Assembly: GCA_964016885.1 (NCBI GenBank)
Contig: OZ024740.1
Span: 390,228,001-390,292,000, forward strand
Direction of reading: 5' to 3'
Length of the DNA: 64,000 nucleotides
From: Eledone cirrhosa
Taxonomy: Eukaryota
In this document: in pieces, positions 11,598-23,665 of the stretch
Position numbering within the stretch: position 1 is the stretch's first letter
Layout: each line of letters starts with the position of its first letter
Translations under genes and position numbers: made by a program
Notes under the pieces: generated by a model
What the model was told of the DNA's origin: nothing
Databases searched by the model: none
Seen by the model: the letters and a program-made list of their open reading frames with translations, nothing else

Positions 11598-12412
11598 GTC
11601 AAGGTCGTCCCTTATGAAGCTTTTTATGTGTTTTAGGAAAGGTTTAAGCAGAATATCTAGGAAGTTGCTTAGGCGGTGGGTTTCACATGTGGTGCCTGCT
11701 ATTATGGGTCTTAATTTAAGGTCATCAGGAGGGGCTATATTGATGTAAATATCTGTGGCTTGCTTGCAGGTCCTACCTATTACTTCGCTTTTGTGTGTCT
11801 TTGGGCTGGTTCTGCTTTTGAAATTGGTGAGTATTCCTTGTCTGTAAGGCCTTCTTTGTAAAGGTTGTTAGGTTTCTCATTATTTTCTGTTGTGTGTAGT
11901 GTTGGACCTTTTCATAATACGTTTGGTTTTCTAGAGTTGAGAGTACTAGAGTCGTGTAATAATCTGTTCCCATAAGGACTACTGCACACCCTTTATACGC
12001 CTCTTTGATTGTTAGGGTTTTGTCGTTTTTTAGACTGTTAAGACCATTCCATTCTTTTTTGCTTAGGTTTGGTTTTTGTTTATGTCTGTGTAGGTGGTGG
12101 TATGGGTAATTAGTAATGTGTTCGCAGAATTGATCGAGGAATTTGTTCTTGCCTTTTGGTGGGGGTGTAGTTGCTTCTATTTCTGGCTATTGAGTCATCC
12201 TCATTGTATTTGTTGTATAGTTGTTCGCTGAGTCTTAGTTTTCTACAGAATTCTGCAATATCTTCCTTCATTTCGGGGTAGTTTTGTTGTTGGGGAGTTG
12301 GTGTAAATTTTATATATATATATATATATATAAAACAAAGGAATTGTGGTAAGGAACCAGATGGACCATAACGCACCAGAGTACTCAATACGCTGTAGTA
12401 GAGTGGGAAATG

Positions 12413-12476
<64 letters not shown>

Positions 12477-12689
12477 CATTTGATCATAGGTCTGATAAGT
12501 TAGTGTTAGCCTCGAGCTATGCAATAATAATAGCAACAACAACAGTAACATCCCAATGCATGATGGTAAATTCATTAGTAGTATAATCATTACAATAACA
12601 TGATAATGATCATGCCAGAATCTATAGAAATTGCTAAATACCAGAGAAAGTCTAAGAAAGTCACATGTGGATAATACAATATAAAGACA

Positions 12690-12943
12690 GAAAAGAGGAA
12701 ATTTGAAAAGCTCACATCTGTAATATAGTGAATTGAAAGACTTCGATAACTAGAATAAGAGAAAAGTTAATGTGTGAACAAGATATGCCACACGATGAGA
12801 TAAATATTTCAATAGAACAAATAATCACAACGACTCTAACTGAAAATCTAATCATTAAGTCTTCTAGTACAATCTCAGTTCACTAAGGCTTCTCTTAAAA
12901 CGAATTACATACATATTAAAAGCGATACGTTTCTGGCCTATAT
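12690..12943 (+). repeat. Dispersed direct repeat, second copy at ~22003-22253
   Basis: AGAGGAAATTTGAAAAGCTCACATCTG...GATACGTTTCTGGCCTATAT is nearly identical in both places. Confidence 0.85.
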
Positions 12944-13123
12944 CAATGGAGCCTTCTGATGCCAGTACCACCTCCCTACTAACTGCTATCGGCACCGCGG
13001 AAATAGCTATTTCAACTCGTCTCCCTCATCCTTCTCCGGAATAACGCTTTCTCTATTTTGTCCACTGCGATTAGAAGGCCGTTTACGTCGGGCTTCTGTC
13101 AGTGAGGTAGCAATGGTATAGCT

Positions 13124-13513
13124 CAGTGGTCGCCAACCTTTCAGACCTCACGGACCACTAAATTCATAATTTTAAATCCCTCAGACCACTAATATGAATT
13201 AAAAAAAAAAGATAAATACATTTGTAAAATAATAAGGCCAGCAATTACCCCAGTGCATTACTGGTACTTTATTTTATCGACCCACGTAAGGATGAAAGGC
13301 AAAGTTAACCTCGGCGGGATTTGAATGATCAGAGAACTTCCATTTTATTAATATGAAATGCACCTATTCAAATATTTTTAGTGTTGTTATAAAATATATT
13401 ATAACCGAATATTATTGTTTTATTATTAATAAAACATAAAAATTGCAAATAATGTCCAAATTTTTCTGTGGATCACCAACATTTTCTCTCGGACCACCGG
13501 TTGGCGACCGCTG
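13124..13513. mobile_element. hAT (Charlie-like) MITE with a nested SINE fragment (~13235-13326)
   Basis: TIRs CAGTGGTCGCCAACC / GGTTGGCGACCGCTG; 8-bp TSD GTATAGCT / GTATAGAT. Confidence 0.8.
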
Positions 13514-14097
13514 GTATAGATGGCTGATATAAACCTTTTATTAACAATTATTTGAAATGTTTGACCCACCTTATATGGCAATTGTTCGAAATCGATAGCT
13601 CTGCAGTTGAAGCAATGGGAGATCAGGTGCATTTATCAATAAGACACTCAGTAACACGTGAATATTAGATGTAAGCGCAAAATCCACTTCATATTACATT
13701 GTCCTTCTTTCTGCTAAACTTAAGTGGACTGGAGCAACGTGAAATAACAAGTCTTGTTCAAGGAAACAACGCAACACCAGGAACTGAATTTCAATTAAGA
13801 TTTTTTTACGACCTTGAGTACATAATTCTGTAAATTGTTTATTCAAATTCATACCATTGGCGCTTTGAAGTAATTTTCTCTAGCCAATTAGATTTTTTAA
13901 TTATGCCATAAAATAAGTAGAAGCCAAGTACAACAGTCACTTTATTCGAAAATGTGAACAAACCATTTTTTTTAAATTTACATTTCTCTCTAATGTTTTC
14001 CACTGAATAACACATTTTTCCTAATGTGTAATCTAACTTGTTCTATTATGAATGAATTCTCTGTTTCTTTTATTCATATTCATTTATTTTTATTTTT

Positions 14098-14500
14098 ACA
14101 TTTCAACTTTAATCTATTGTTTTTCTTGAAGAGATTTTTTCAGAATGAATCGATGCATAATCTTTATGATTATCGCATCATTAATATAACTAATTAATCA
14201 TTTAATTATTAATTAATTATAAATTTATCTTCATGAATTGAAACGATCGTAAAACATAAATGTTTTGAATTGAGTGAAATCTTAGGTTATTTTTCTTTAA
14301 ACATTATTTTATGCTCTGTAGTACTGCATATCTTCAATTGTTAAACTGGATTTTAACAATTGAAAATGTATTTTAACCTTGGATTCGTTTGGCTTGCATA
14401 ATTACTGATGATTTTATAACACTGAGCTTATATTCATGTTGATAAATATAACTTAAATGGATATCTCCATTTATAAAAAAAATTCTTTTGTGCACATACA
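14098..14500. repeat. ~400-bp AT-rich inverted repeat, partner at ~23700-24094
   Basis: ACATTTCAACTTTAATC...GAATGAATCGATGCATAATCTTTATG...ATCTCCATTTATAAAAAA is reverse-complementary to 23700-24094, with moderate divergence. Confidence 0.8.
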
Positions 14501-14561
14501 TACACACATACATAGATACACACTCACATACATAGATACACACTCACATACATACATAGAT

Positions 14562-15236
14562 ACATGGTGGCTGCCAACTCGTTTTCGAGTACGGCCACTA
14601 CTTTATATCCATGTAGGAGAACCTCTACCGATGCGCTGAACGAGTGTGACTTTTTAGTCCAGCCAGCGACTTGAAAACTCTGGTACAAACACTACACTTG
14701 TGACAATTATTGACACAGTGCTGGGCCCATGGTACCATGTGACGACATACATACATGCATACATACATACATACATACATACATACATACATACATACAT
14801 ACATACATGATGGCTGCCCCTCGTTATCGAGTATGGCCATTGCACGATATACCATTATTAATAATTATTAATTAATTCTGTCGTGCAATGCCTGTGCGTG
14901 AAGATATTTTTTTAAGCGAGGAAAGACTGTGTACTGAGCCAATCCCACTCTCTGAGCGACAGTAGCTAAACCCCAAAAGAAGAAAAGATCAACATCATAG
15001 GTAACTACTGAGCCGCAGGTTTTATATCGGAGTTATCCCAGTTTCCTGAGTTACCTTCTCCTAGAAGAATGCCCTGACAAAGGCTAGGGGTCCTTCACTC
15101 CAAGTGGTTTAACCGCGCGATGGGGTGCCCAGCTCGACGTTTTCTATGTCCCTGTGCATATACATACATATGAACATGTGTATATACATATTTACACACT
15201 TGTGGATGGCCGTTGACTCTTATGAGTTCTTCCGCC
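14562..15236 (-). mobile_element. RTE-derived non-autonomous pieces with (TACA)n tails
   Basis: 14562-14746 encodes CSVCTRVFKSLAGLKSH (RTE 3' end). ~14807-15150 carries the tail ATGGCCATACTCGATAACGAGGGGCAGCCATCA and an RTE 5'-UTR-like CTAGGAGAAGG...AAAACC motif. Confidence 0.7.
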
Positions 15237-15640
15237 CATACATACATACATACATACATACATACATACATACATACATACATACATACATACATACATA
15301 CATACATACATACATACGTACGTACGTACATACATACATACATACATACATACATACATACATACATACATACATACATACATACATACATACATGATGG
15401 CTGCCCTCTCGTTATCGAGTATGGCCATTGCACGAGGAGAGAGAAAAAAAAAATAATAATAATAAATAAATAAAAAGAAGACAAAAAAAGAAATATATAT
15501 ATATATATATATATACATATACATACACACATACACACACACACACACACATACATTAATAACAATAATAATAATAACGACAACAACAATAATAATATAC
15601 ATATACACATATATACACGCACACACGCACACACATAAGC

Positions 15641-15686
<46 letters not shown>

Positions 15687-15692
15687 TAGCAA

Positions 15693-18600
15693 CTAACAGC
15701 GCTGCGATCGAATGTGGCTTTTTAGCCCAGCCAATGATCTAAAATGTCTTGCACAGAGTCGGCAACCAAAACATTCACTGGGAATAGTCGGCTGTGGTTG
15801 GAGTTTGTGTACTTTTGCATGTCGCTTGAGCCCTCCTGCTGATTTACATTCTCTACCACATGTTTGGCAAGCATGAAGAGTAGCATCTCCAACAGCAGCC
15901 TAGTAGTCAACCACTGGTCTTACTTTATGACTGCGAAGATGACTTTCGAGTCCAGCTTTGCTTAGGCAGAGTCTCGCACATACGCTGCATGTCAGCACCA
16001 TAGGAGGACCCTCACCGTCTGGAAGTGCAACAGCAATAACCTTCCTCACATCCCGCTTTACTTTCTCGTATGCGATTCGAGATGCCTCAAAGGCAACTTT
16101 TCCCTCATATACAGTCTTTCTCTATTTATTACGATCAGCAGCAATATTCTCCCATGTATCAGCAGAGATGTTAGCGTCTTTCAGAGCGGCTTTCAAGGAA
16201 TCCTTATACCTCTTTTTTGGTTTATGCGACGGTCGTTTTCCTTTGACCAACTCTCCATAAAAGAGTTGTTTTGGTATTCTAGAATCCTTCATCCTGTCAA
16301 GGTGACCACTCCAACGGAGTCGTTGCTTAAACACAAGAGCTTCTATACTGTCATACATAGAGCTTTCCAAAATCTCGACATCACTGATGTGGTCCCTCCA
16401 GTGAACGCCATGGATCCGTCTGAGACACATCTGATGGAAACGCTCCAATTGCTTATGGTGGTGTCGATATGTGACCCAGGTCTCGCAGGCATAAAGAAGA
16501 CAAGAGAGCACACATGCCCTGTACACCTTTACCTTTGTCCTCCTGCATATGTCTCGCCGACCCCAGAGTCGCCTTTCTAGCTTTCCGAAAGCATCACTTG
16601 CTTTCCTAATCCTAAGTGAGATTTCACTGTCAAGGTTGCCGTATCGATTGACAGTGCTTCCCAGGTAGACAAACTGATCAACCACTCTAAGTTGTTTGCC
16701 ATACACATAGATGTTTGGTTCAGTGTACTGCTTACCAGGGGCAGGTTGGTACATGACGACGGTTTTCTTGAGACTGACAGTCAGACCTAGGGCAGTGCAA
16801 GCGTCAGAAAATGCATTCAAAATGTGCTGCATATCACTCTCTGTGTGCACTACAAGATCGCAATCATCTGCATACAAGAGGTCTCTTATGATTGATATAA
16901 ATACTTTTGTCTTCGCAGCAAAGCGCCTGATGTTAAATATGCTGCCTGAGGTTCGATATCGGATGTAAACACCATGCTCGCAATTCCTGAATGCAATACA
17001 GAAAACCATTGCAAAGTATATGGCAAACAGGGTCGGTGCTGGAATATCCCCCTGTTTCACTCCATTTTTTACTGAGATAGGCTCCGACATGTTACCCCCG
17101 ACATTAACCCAAGCCTTCATGTCGTCATGGAAAGACCTAACTAAAGCAAGGAACTTATCAGGGCAACCAAGTTTCTGGAGAACCTTCCATAATGCATCTC
17201 TGTTAACAGTATCGAAAGCTTTAGTCAGATCGACAAAAACCTGATACAGATCCAAGCCTTGTTCCATGCATTTCTCCTGGAGCTGTCTAGCTGAGAAGAT
17301 CATATCAGTAGTGCCGCGTCCAGCACGAAAACCAGATTGACTTTCAGGAAGAACACAATCTGCAATGTATGTCAGCAGACGGTCCAGAAGCACCCTACAT
17401 AAAACTTTCCGTACGACAGAAAGCAATGATATACCTCTGTAGTTCCCACAATCGTTCCTGTTACCCTTTCCCTTGTACAAGACCACCATTACTGCATCTC
17501 TCCAGTCCTCAGGTACGGATTCATTAGCCCACATCCTGCCAAACAAAGAGTGAAGATGTTGCAGGAGTCTCTCACCACCATATTGTAGGAGCTCAGCATG
17601 TATGCCATCCATACCTGGAGATCTTCCACTGTTCAGCTTCGAAATAGCCACTGCAACCTCCACAAGCGTCGGAGGTTCTGCGAGAGCTACTTTCACAGGA
17701 CTTTCTGGAATGAGATTGAGGAAATCTTCACTGACGACAGACGGCTGATTCAAAAGATCATCAAAGTGCTCTCGCCACCTTCGTAGAATTCCTTGTGAGT
17801 CACGAAGAAGTTCTTTGCCATCCTTGCTGCGAAGCGGTGTCACCAGAGGAGAAGACGGTCCATAAACCTCACACAAGAGACTGTACAACAGCTTTGTGTT
17901 ATTGGAATCAGACGCAGTTTGTATCTCACCAGCCTTCTCACTCCACCACTGATCCTTCATCTGAGAAAGACTCCGCCTAACACGTGATTTTACATCCCTG
18001 AGTTCCTCATGCAACGTATTCCTCTCCTGTGGTTTTGCCGTCAAGTAGCGTGACAGAGCACGCCTCTTATCAGCTAACAAGTCTTCTATATGTACATCAT
18101 TCTCATCAAACCAGTCCTGATGTTTCCTCTGCGCCAATCCCAGAACACGCCTGCCTACATCATAAACCGACTTTTTAAGGGTCGGCCAATCCTCACCAAG
18201 ATCTGCAGCCTGCATCTCTTCTTCCAATGTCCTCTTCACATTTTTATCCTTAAGACGAGCAGCATTCAATCTTTTGGGAAGGGCAACACCGGGAGCCCGG
18301 ATTTTACGTTTAGTGATTAGTTTCACTTTTGCGCGTACCAGGCGGTGGTCCGTCCAGCACTCAGCTCCACGAAGAACACGAACACACTGCACATCCTGTC
18401 TGTCACGCATCCTGACTAGGACGTAGTCCAAAAGATGCCATTCCTTAGATGCAGGATGCATCCATGTGGTCTTGAATTTGTTCTTTTGTTGGAACATGGT
18501 GTTGGTAACACACAGTTCCAGCTCCTCACACATCTGCAGCAGGAGCATACCATTCCTGTTACACTTTCCCACCCCATGCCTTCCGATTACATTCCATGTG

Positions 18601-19238
18601 TTAAAATCCCTACCCACTCTAGCATTAAAGTCACCAAGCACGATGACTTTGTCTACCTGAGGGATATTTCTTAAAACACCTTTCAAGACATGGTAAAAGG
18701 ACACCTTTTCCTCATCGACAGAACTCATAGCTGGAGCATACACACTCACCAGGGTAGCATATCTTACCTTGTCCAGCGGAACTCTCATGGACATAAGACG
18801 CTCACTAATCCCTACTGGGAATTCTTCTAATTTGTTCACAAGCACAGTCTTAACAGCAAATCCTACCCCAGCCTCTCTTCTGGTTCCTTCATCTCTTTCT
18901 TTCCAGAAGAATGTATATTCTCCACAAAATTCCGTAAGATGACCATCTCCAGCTAGCCTCGTCTCAGATAAAGCCACGATGTCAAGATCGTAACATCGAA
19001 GCTCCTTCGCAACAAGAGCGGTCCTTCGTTCAGGACGCCCCAAGGAATCCCTGTCAAGCAGCGTCCGTACGTTCCAGCAGCCAAGACTAAATGCCTTGTT
19101 TGGCTCTATTGCAATGGCACGATGACGAGCGGGCCCAGGCTGTGATAACCTGGAGCCCCTGCCCTTATTGCCAATGATCTTTTTTGTTCCAGAACCTAAA
19201 TTGCCAATTATCTCTTTTATATTGTTCTGGAACATCAT
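15693..19238 (-). mobile_element. Near-intact RTE-clade LINE: APE + RT + three C2H2 zinc fingers (1181-codon frame with two internal TAG)
   Basis: APE (WNVRTL, ALSETR, GDFNAR, TDHRLV) and RT (QSGFR, FVDLTKAFD, GVKQG, LYADD, YLGS). The frame continues past TAG 16122 (DRNK*R, W expected) and TAG 15900 to TAG 15693. (TG)n 3' tail. Confidence 0.95.
16122..19238 (-). CDS. RTE LINE ORF, endonuclease-reverse transcriptase (1038 aa to the first premature stop)
   Basis: Uninterrupted APE and RT domains in the ORF track. Confidence 0.93.
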   Translation of the reverse strand: MMFQNNIKEIIGNLGSGTKKIIGNKGRGSRLSQPGPARHRAIAIEPNKAFSLGCWNVRTLLDRDSLGRPERRTALVAKELRCYDLDIVALSETRLAGDGHLTEFCGEYTFFWKERDEGTRREAGVGFAVKTVLVNKLEEFPVGISERLMSMRVPLDKVRYATLVSVYAPAMSSVDEEKVSFYHVLKGVLRNIPQVDKVIVLGDFNARVGRDFNTWNVIGRHGVGKCNRNGMLLLQMCEELELCVTNTMFQQKNKFKTTWMHPASKEWHLLDYVLVRMRDRQDVQCVRVLRGAECWTDHRLVRAKVKLITKRKIRAPGVALPKRLNAARLKDKNVKRTLEEEMQAADLGEDWPTLKKSVYDVGRRVLGLAQRKHQDWFDENDVHIEDLLADKRRALSRYLTAKPQERNTLHEELRDVKSRVRRSLSQMKDQWWSEKAGEIQTASDSNNTKLLYSLLCEVYGPSSPLVTPLRSKDGKELLRDSQGILRRWREHFDDLLNQPSVVSEDFLNLIPESPVKVALAEPPTLVEVAVAISKLNSGRSPGMDGIHAELLQYGGERLLQHLHSLFGRMWANESVPEDWRDAVMVVLYKGKGNRNDCGNYRGISLLSVVRKVLCRVLLDRLLTYIADCVLPESQSGFRAGRGTTDMIFSARQLQEKCMEQGLDLYQVFVDLTKAFDTVNRDALWKVLQKLGCPDKFLALVRSFHDDMKAWVNVGGNMSEPISVKNGVKQGDIPAPTLFAIYFAMVFCIAFRNCEHGVYIRYRTSGSIFNIRRFAAKTKVFISIIRDLLYADDCDLVVHTESDMQHILNAFSDACTALGLTVSLKKTVVMYQPAPGKQYTEPNIYVYGKQLRVVDQFVYLGSTVNRYGNLDSEISLRIRKASDAFGKLERRLWGRRDICRRTKVKVYRACVLSCLLYACETWVTYRHHHKQLERFHQMCLRRIHGVHWRDHISDVEILESSMYDSIEALVFKQRLRWSGHLDRMKDSRIPKQLFYGELVKGKRPSHKPKKRYKDSLKAALKDANISADTWENIAADRNK

Positions 19239-19278
19239 TGAATTGAAAAAAAAAAAAAAAAAAAAAAAAGTAATAATA

Positions 19279-19326
<48 letters not shown>

Positions 19327-19329
19327 GTA

Positions 19330-19630
19330 CACTATTAATAATTATTAATGCACTCGTACAATGCCTGTGCGTGACGAATATTTTTAAAGTGAGGAAAGAC
19401 TGTGCACTGAGCCAATCCCAATCTCTGAGCGACAGTAGCTATAACTCGAAAAGAAGAAAAGATCAACATCATCGGTAACTACTGAGCCGCAGGTTTTATG
19501 TCGGAGTTAACCCAGTTTCCTGAGATGCCTTCTCCTAGAAGAATGCCCTGACAAGGGCTAGGGGTTCTTCACTCCCAGTGCTTTAACTGCGCGATCGGGC
19601 ATCCAGACCGATTATTTCTGTCTCCGCGCA
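19330..19630 (-). mobile_element. RTE 5'-UTR-derived segment (paralogue of ~14870-15150)
   Basis: Near-colinear with the 14870-15150 copy and includes the CTAGGAGAAGG...AAAACC motif. Confidence 0.7.
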
Positions 19631-19755
19631 AAAAAAAAAAATCAAAAAAAAATCACTTATTGACACTTATACGTACGACATACACACGCGCATACATATG
19701 CGCGCACACAGCAACACTCATACATACAAACAAACACACACGCTGCTCTACTCAC

Positions 19756-19901
<146 letters not shown>

Positions 19902-20952
19902 CCTTCATTACTGATACAAGATTACAAGATTATGTCAACTGTTGACATTCAAGAGTTTCTATAGTTGAAGCCGATCGTACTACAGTCCAGTATTATTATA
20001 ATTGCTTTACAGCATAGAGTCACGGCCCTCCACGCTCAGCTCAAATCCCGCCGAGGTCAACCCCGCCCTTCATCCCCACGGAGTCAACAAAAGAGAGTAC
20101 CAGTGATGCGCTGGGCCAGTCGCTGGATCCGTGCCAAAAGCAGAAAAATTATTATTAACGTTATTTTCTTAAGGCCCGGTCGCTGGTGATGGTGATGGCG
20201 GCGGCGGTAGTGGTGGTGGTGGCAGTTGATGTTGTTGTTGTGTTGTGTGCGTGTGTGTGTGTGTTTTGTTATTTTGAGTTTTTTTTCTTTTTTTTCCCTT
20301 CTTTTTCCTTTTTTTTTTTAATCTTTTGATGCCGCTGTTGTTGTTGTTGTAAATGTTCATTTCAGTTCATTCTGAAGCTGTTGTTGCTGTAAACATTAGT
20401 GCCGGTGTTGTTGTTGTTGTAGATATTGGAGTTGAAATCTGGTCGTTTGACTGAGTGATGTATATACACACATATACATACATATATATATACACATTCA
20501 ACAGAGAGTAGAGAGTTTGACAACAGGTCGATGACTTTAGTCTAGATAGGGTAATGACATGTGATGGTGGGGAGAGAGTGTAGAAGTTATTGTGGTGGCG
20601 GGGGACAGTGCGATGTATCTAGTTCATTTGACCGTTTTCTTCTCTTTGCAAAATTTGAATTTTAGCCATGTTATATTGAGATGTAAGTAAATGTAAAATG
20701 TAAAATATAAATAAGGATTGCTCTGCTAAAATATACTAAAATATTTGTGTAACTTCCACAAACTTCTGTCGTGACATTCCCGAGTCCAGTGACCAACAAA
20801 TTGTTGTATTTTGATGTTTCAGAATACAAAAATTAATTAAAAACTTACCCCACGAAAAGACAGCGTGTGTTGTCCTATCTATAAGCTCCCTCATACATAC
20901 ATACATACATACATACATACATACATACATACATACATACATACATACATAC

Positions 20953-21270
20953 ATGATGGCAGCAACTCGATTTCTAGTAATGCCATTGCTTGATACTTAA
21001 GCATGAGCATCATGGACGTGGCTTTTTAGTCCTGCTAGGGACTTGCCTATGGCCAGCAATACCATGCTTCGCAAAAAATGTCACATATGAAGCTTTTTTA
21101 AGTGAGGAAAGGCTTTGTACGGGACCAATCCCACTCTCTGAACATCGAATACATTTACCCAAAAAGAAGAACTGGACTACATCATTGGATACAAACGAAG
21201 TCACAGGTTTTATATCAGAGTGACCTTCTCCTAGAGCGATGTCTTAATGAAGACTAGGTGTCTGTCGCTT
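20953..21270 (-). mobile_element. Older bipartite RTE-derived element with (TACA)n tail
   Basis: Tail ATGATGGCAGCAACTCG... next to (TACA)n, and a body homologous to the 22317-23665 units. Confidence 0.6.
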
Positions 21271-22316
21271 CATAAAAAACAAACAAACCATACATCCAAA
21301 TCACAATTAAATTACAAAAGAATTAAAAAGAGAGCAACACAGTGGTTTCTATAGTTATGGATATGCAATGCCTGGGAGAGTGGCAGGATTGCCAAACAAC
21401 TATATCAATATGTAATAATAACGATCATTTTTGCAAGGTCACAGAACTTTGATAGGGGTAGGTAGTAAGGCTTTGGAGCTCTGAGGGGCATCAGAACATT
21501 CTGGGCAGGCAATCTAAATCGCAATAATTCTAAGGCTGTTTCGTATTAGGCATATCACCGTAAATATTTCTAAATCTAAGTGTGTACCATTGAAAAGTAA
21601 GGGATGGGGAAAGGGCATTGCCATCCAGCGCCCCCATTCTTAGTGACAGGCCAGGTTAGTCGATTAAATCGACACCAGTACTTAACTGGTACGGTATTTT
21701 ATCGATCCAAGGCTAGGGTAAAGACCCTTGCCCAAGATGTCATGCAGTGGAATTGAATCTGGGACCTCAGCATTGCAAAGCGAACTTCTTAACCACTCCA
21801 CCTTCCCTGTGTTAATTACAATAATTACAATAATATGATATGAACAATTACATTCATAGTAATTCCTTATTACTACAAGAGACAAACTGAGAGATTGCAA
21901 AGACACAAAGACAATGATACAATATCACGGCTGAATCTATAGGAATTCTTTATTACTACAAGAGACAAACAAGAGAAAGACTAAGAAAGACACACGTAGA
22001 CAAGAGAGGAAATTTGAAAAGCTCACATCTGTAATATAGTGAATTGAAAGACTTCGATGACTAGAATAAGAGAAAAGTTAATGTGTGAACAAGATATGCC
22101 ACACGATGAGATAAATATTTCAATAGAACAAATAATCACAACGACTCTAACTGAAAATCTAATCATTAAGTCTTCTAGTACAATCTCGGTTCACTAAGGC
22201 TTCTCTTAAAACGAATTACATACATATTAAAAGTGATACGTTTCTGGCCTATATTTATCTACATAGATAGATAGATAGATAGATAGATAATGGATAGATA
22301 GATACATACATACATA

Positions 22317-23665
22317 CATGGTGGCTGCCAACTCGTTTTCGAGTACCCCTACCGATGCGCTGAACGTGTGTGACTTTTTACTCCAGCCAGCGACTTGAAA
22401 ACTCTGGTACAAACACTACACTTGTGACAAATATTGACACATAGTGCTGGGCCCATGGTACCATGTGACGACAAGTGCAGAGAGATCTCCAGATATAAAG
22501 CAATGCCTGTGCCGTGAAGCTTTTATAGTGAGCAAAGGCACTGCACAAAGCCAGTCCCACTCTCTTAACCAAGACGATATTTACCAAAAAGAAGAACAAG
22601 TCAACATCATTGGATACCATCAGAGTTGCAGGTGTTATATCAGAGTTTTCCTTCTCCTAGAATTCTGCCTTGACAAAGGCTAAGGGGTCATCTCTCCCGA
22701 TGATTTTGGATGGCCATTGACTCTTAAGAGCTCCTTTGCTTTTTGACATACATACATACATACATACATACATACATACATACATGGTGGCTGCCAACTC
22801 GTTTTCGAGTACGGCCACTACTTTATATCCGTGTAGGAGAACCCCTACCGATGTGCTGAACGAGTGTGACTTTTTAGTCCAGCCAGCGACTTGAAAACTC
22901 TGGTACAGACACTACACTTGTGACAATTATTGACACATAGTGCTGGGCCCATGGTACCATGTGATGACAAGTGCAGAGAGATCTCCAGATATAAAGCAAT
23001 GCCTGTGCCGTGAAGCTTTTATAATGAGCAAAGGCACTGCACAAAGCCAGTCCCACTCTCTTAACCAAGATGATATTTACCAAAAAGAAGAACAAGTCAA
23101 CATCATTGGATACCATCAGGGTTGCAGGTGTTATATCAGAGTTTTCCTTCTCCTAGAATTCTGCCTTGACAAAGGCTAAGGGGTCATCTCTCCCGATGAT
23201 TTTGGATGGCCATTGACTCTTAAGAGCTCCTTTGCTTTTTGACATACATACATACATACATACATACATACATACATACATACATGGTGGCTGCCAACTC
23301 GTTTTCGAGTACGGCCACTACTTTATATCCGTGTAGGAGAACCCCTACCGATGCGCTGAACGAGTGTGACTTTTTAGTCCAGCCAGCGACTTGAAAACTC
23401 TGGTACAGACACTACACTTGTGACAATTATTGACACATAGTGCTGGGCCCATGGTACCATGTGATGACAAGTGCAGAGAGATCTCCAGATATAAAGCAAT
23501 GCCTGTGCCGTGAAGCTTTTATAGTGAGCAAAGGCACTGCACAAAGCCAGTCCCACTCTCTTAACCAAGATGATATTTACCAAAAAGAAGAACAAGTCAA
23601 CATCATTGGATACCATCAGGGTTGCAGGTGTTATATCAGAGTTTTCCTTCTCCTAGAATTCTGCC
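22317..23665 (-). mobile_element. Three head-to-tail copies of a ~460-bp bipartite RTE-derived non-autonomous element separated by (TACA)n
   Basis: Units at 22317-22747, 22783-23243 and 23283-23665 (500-bp period for the last two). Each joins an RTE 5'-UTR motif (CTAGGAGAAGGAAAACTCTG) to an RTE 3' end with a C2H2 remnant. Confidence 0.8.

Larger units (their letters stand above)
9307..12310 (-). mobile_element. Neptune-type Penelope-like element, frameshifted
   Basis: RT 10569-11597 (TFDVINLY, GTAMGTKVAPSYANL, RYLDD, LPFLD) and GIY-YIG 10342-10572 (CGRPNCGIC...NLIYVLTCSGC..HYIGQT). N-terminal fragments include KEAYKG (DKG-like) at ~11990. (TA)n flanks. Confidence 0.88.
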
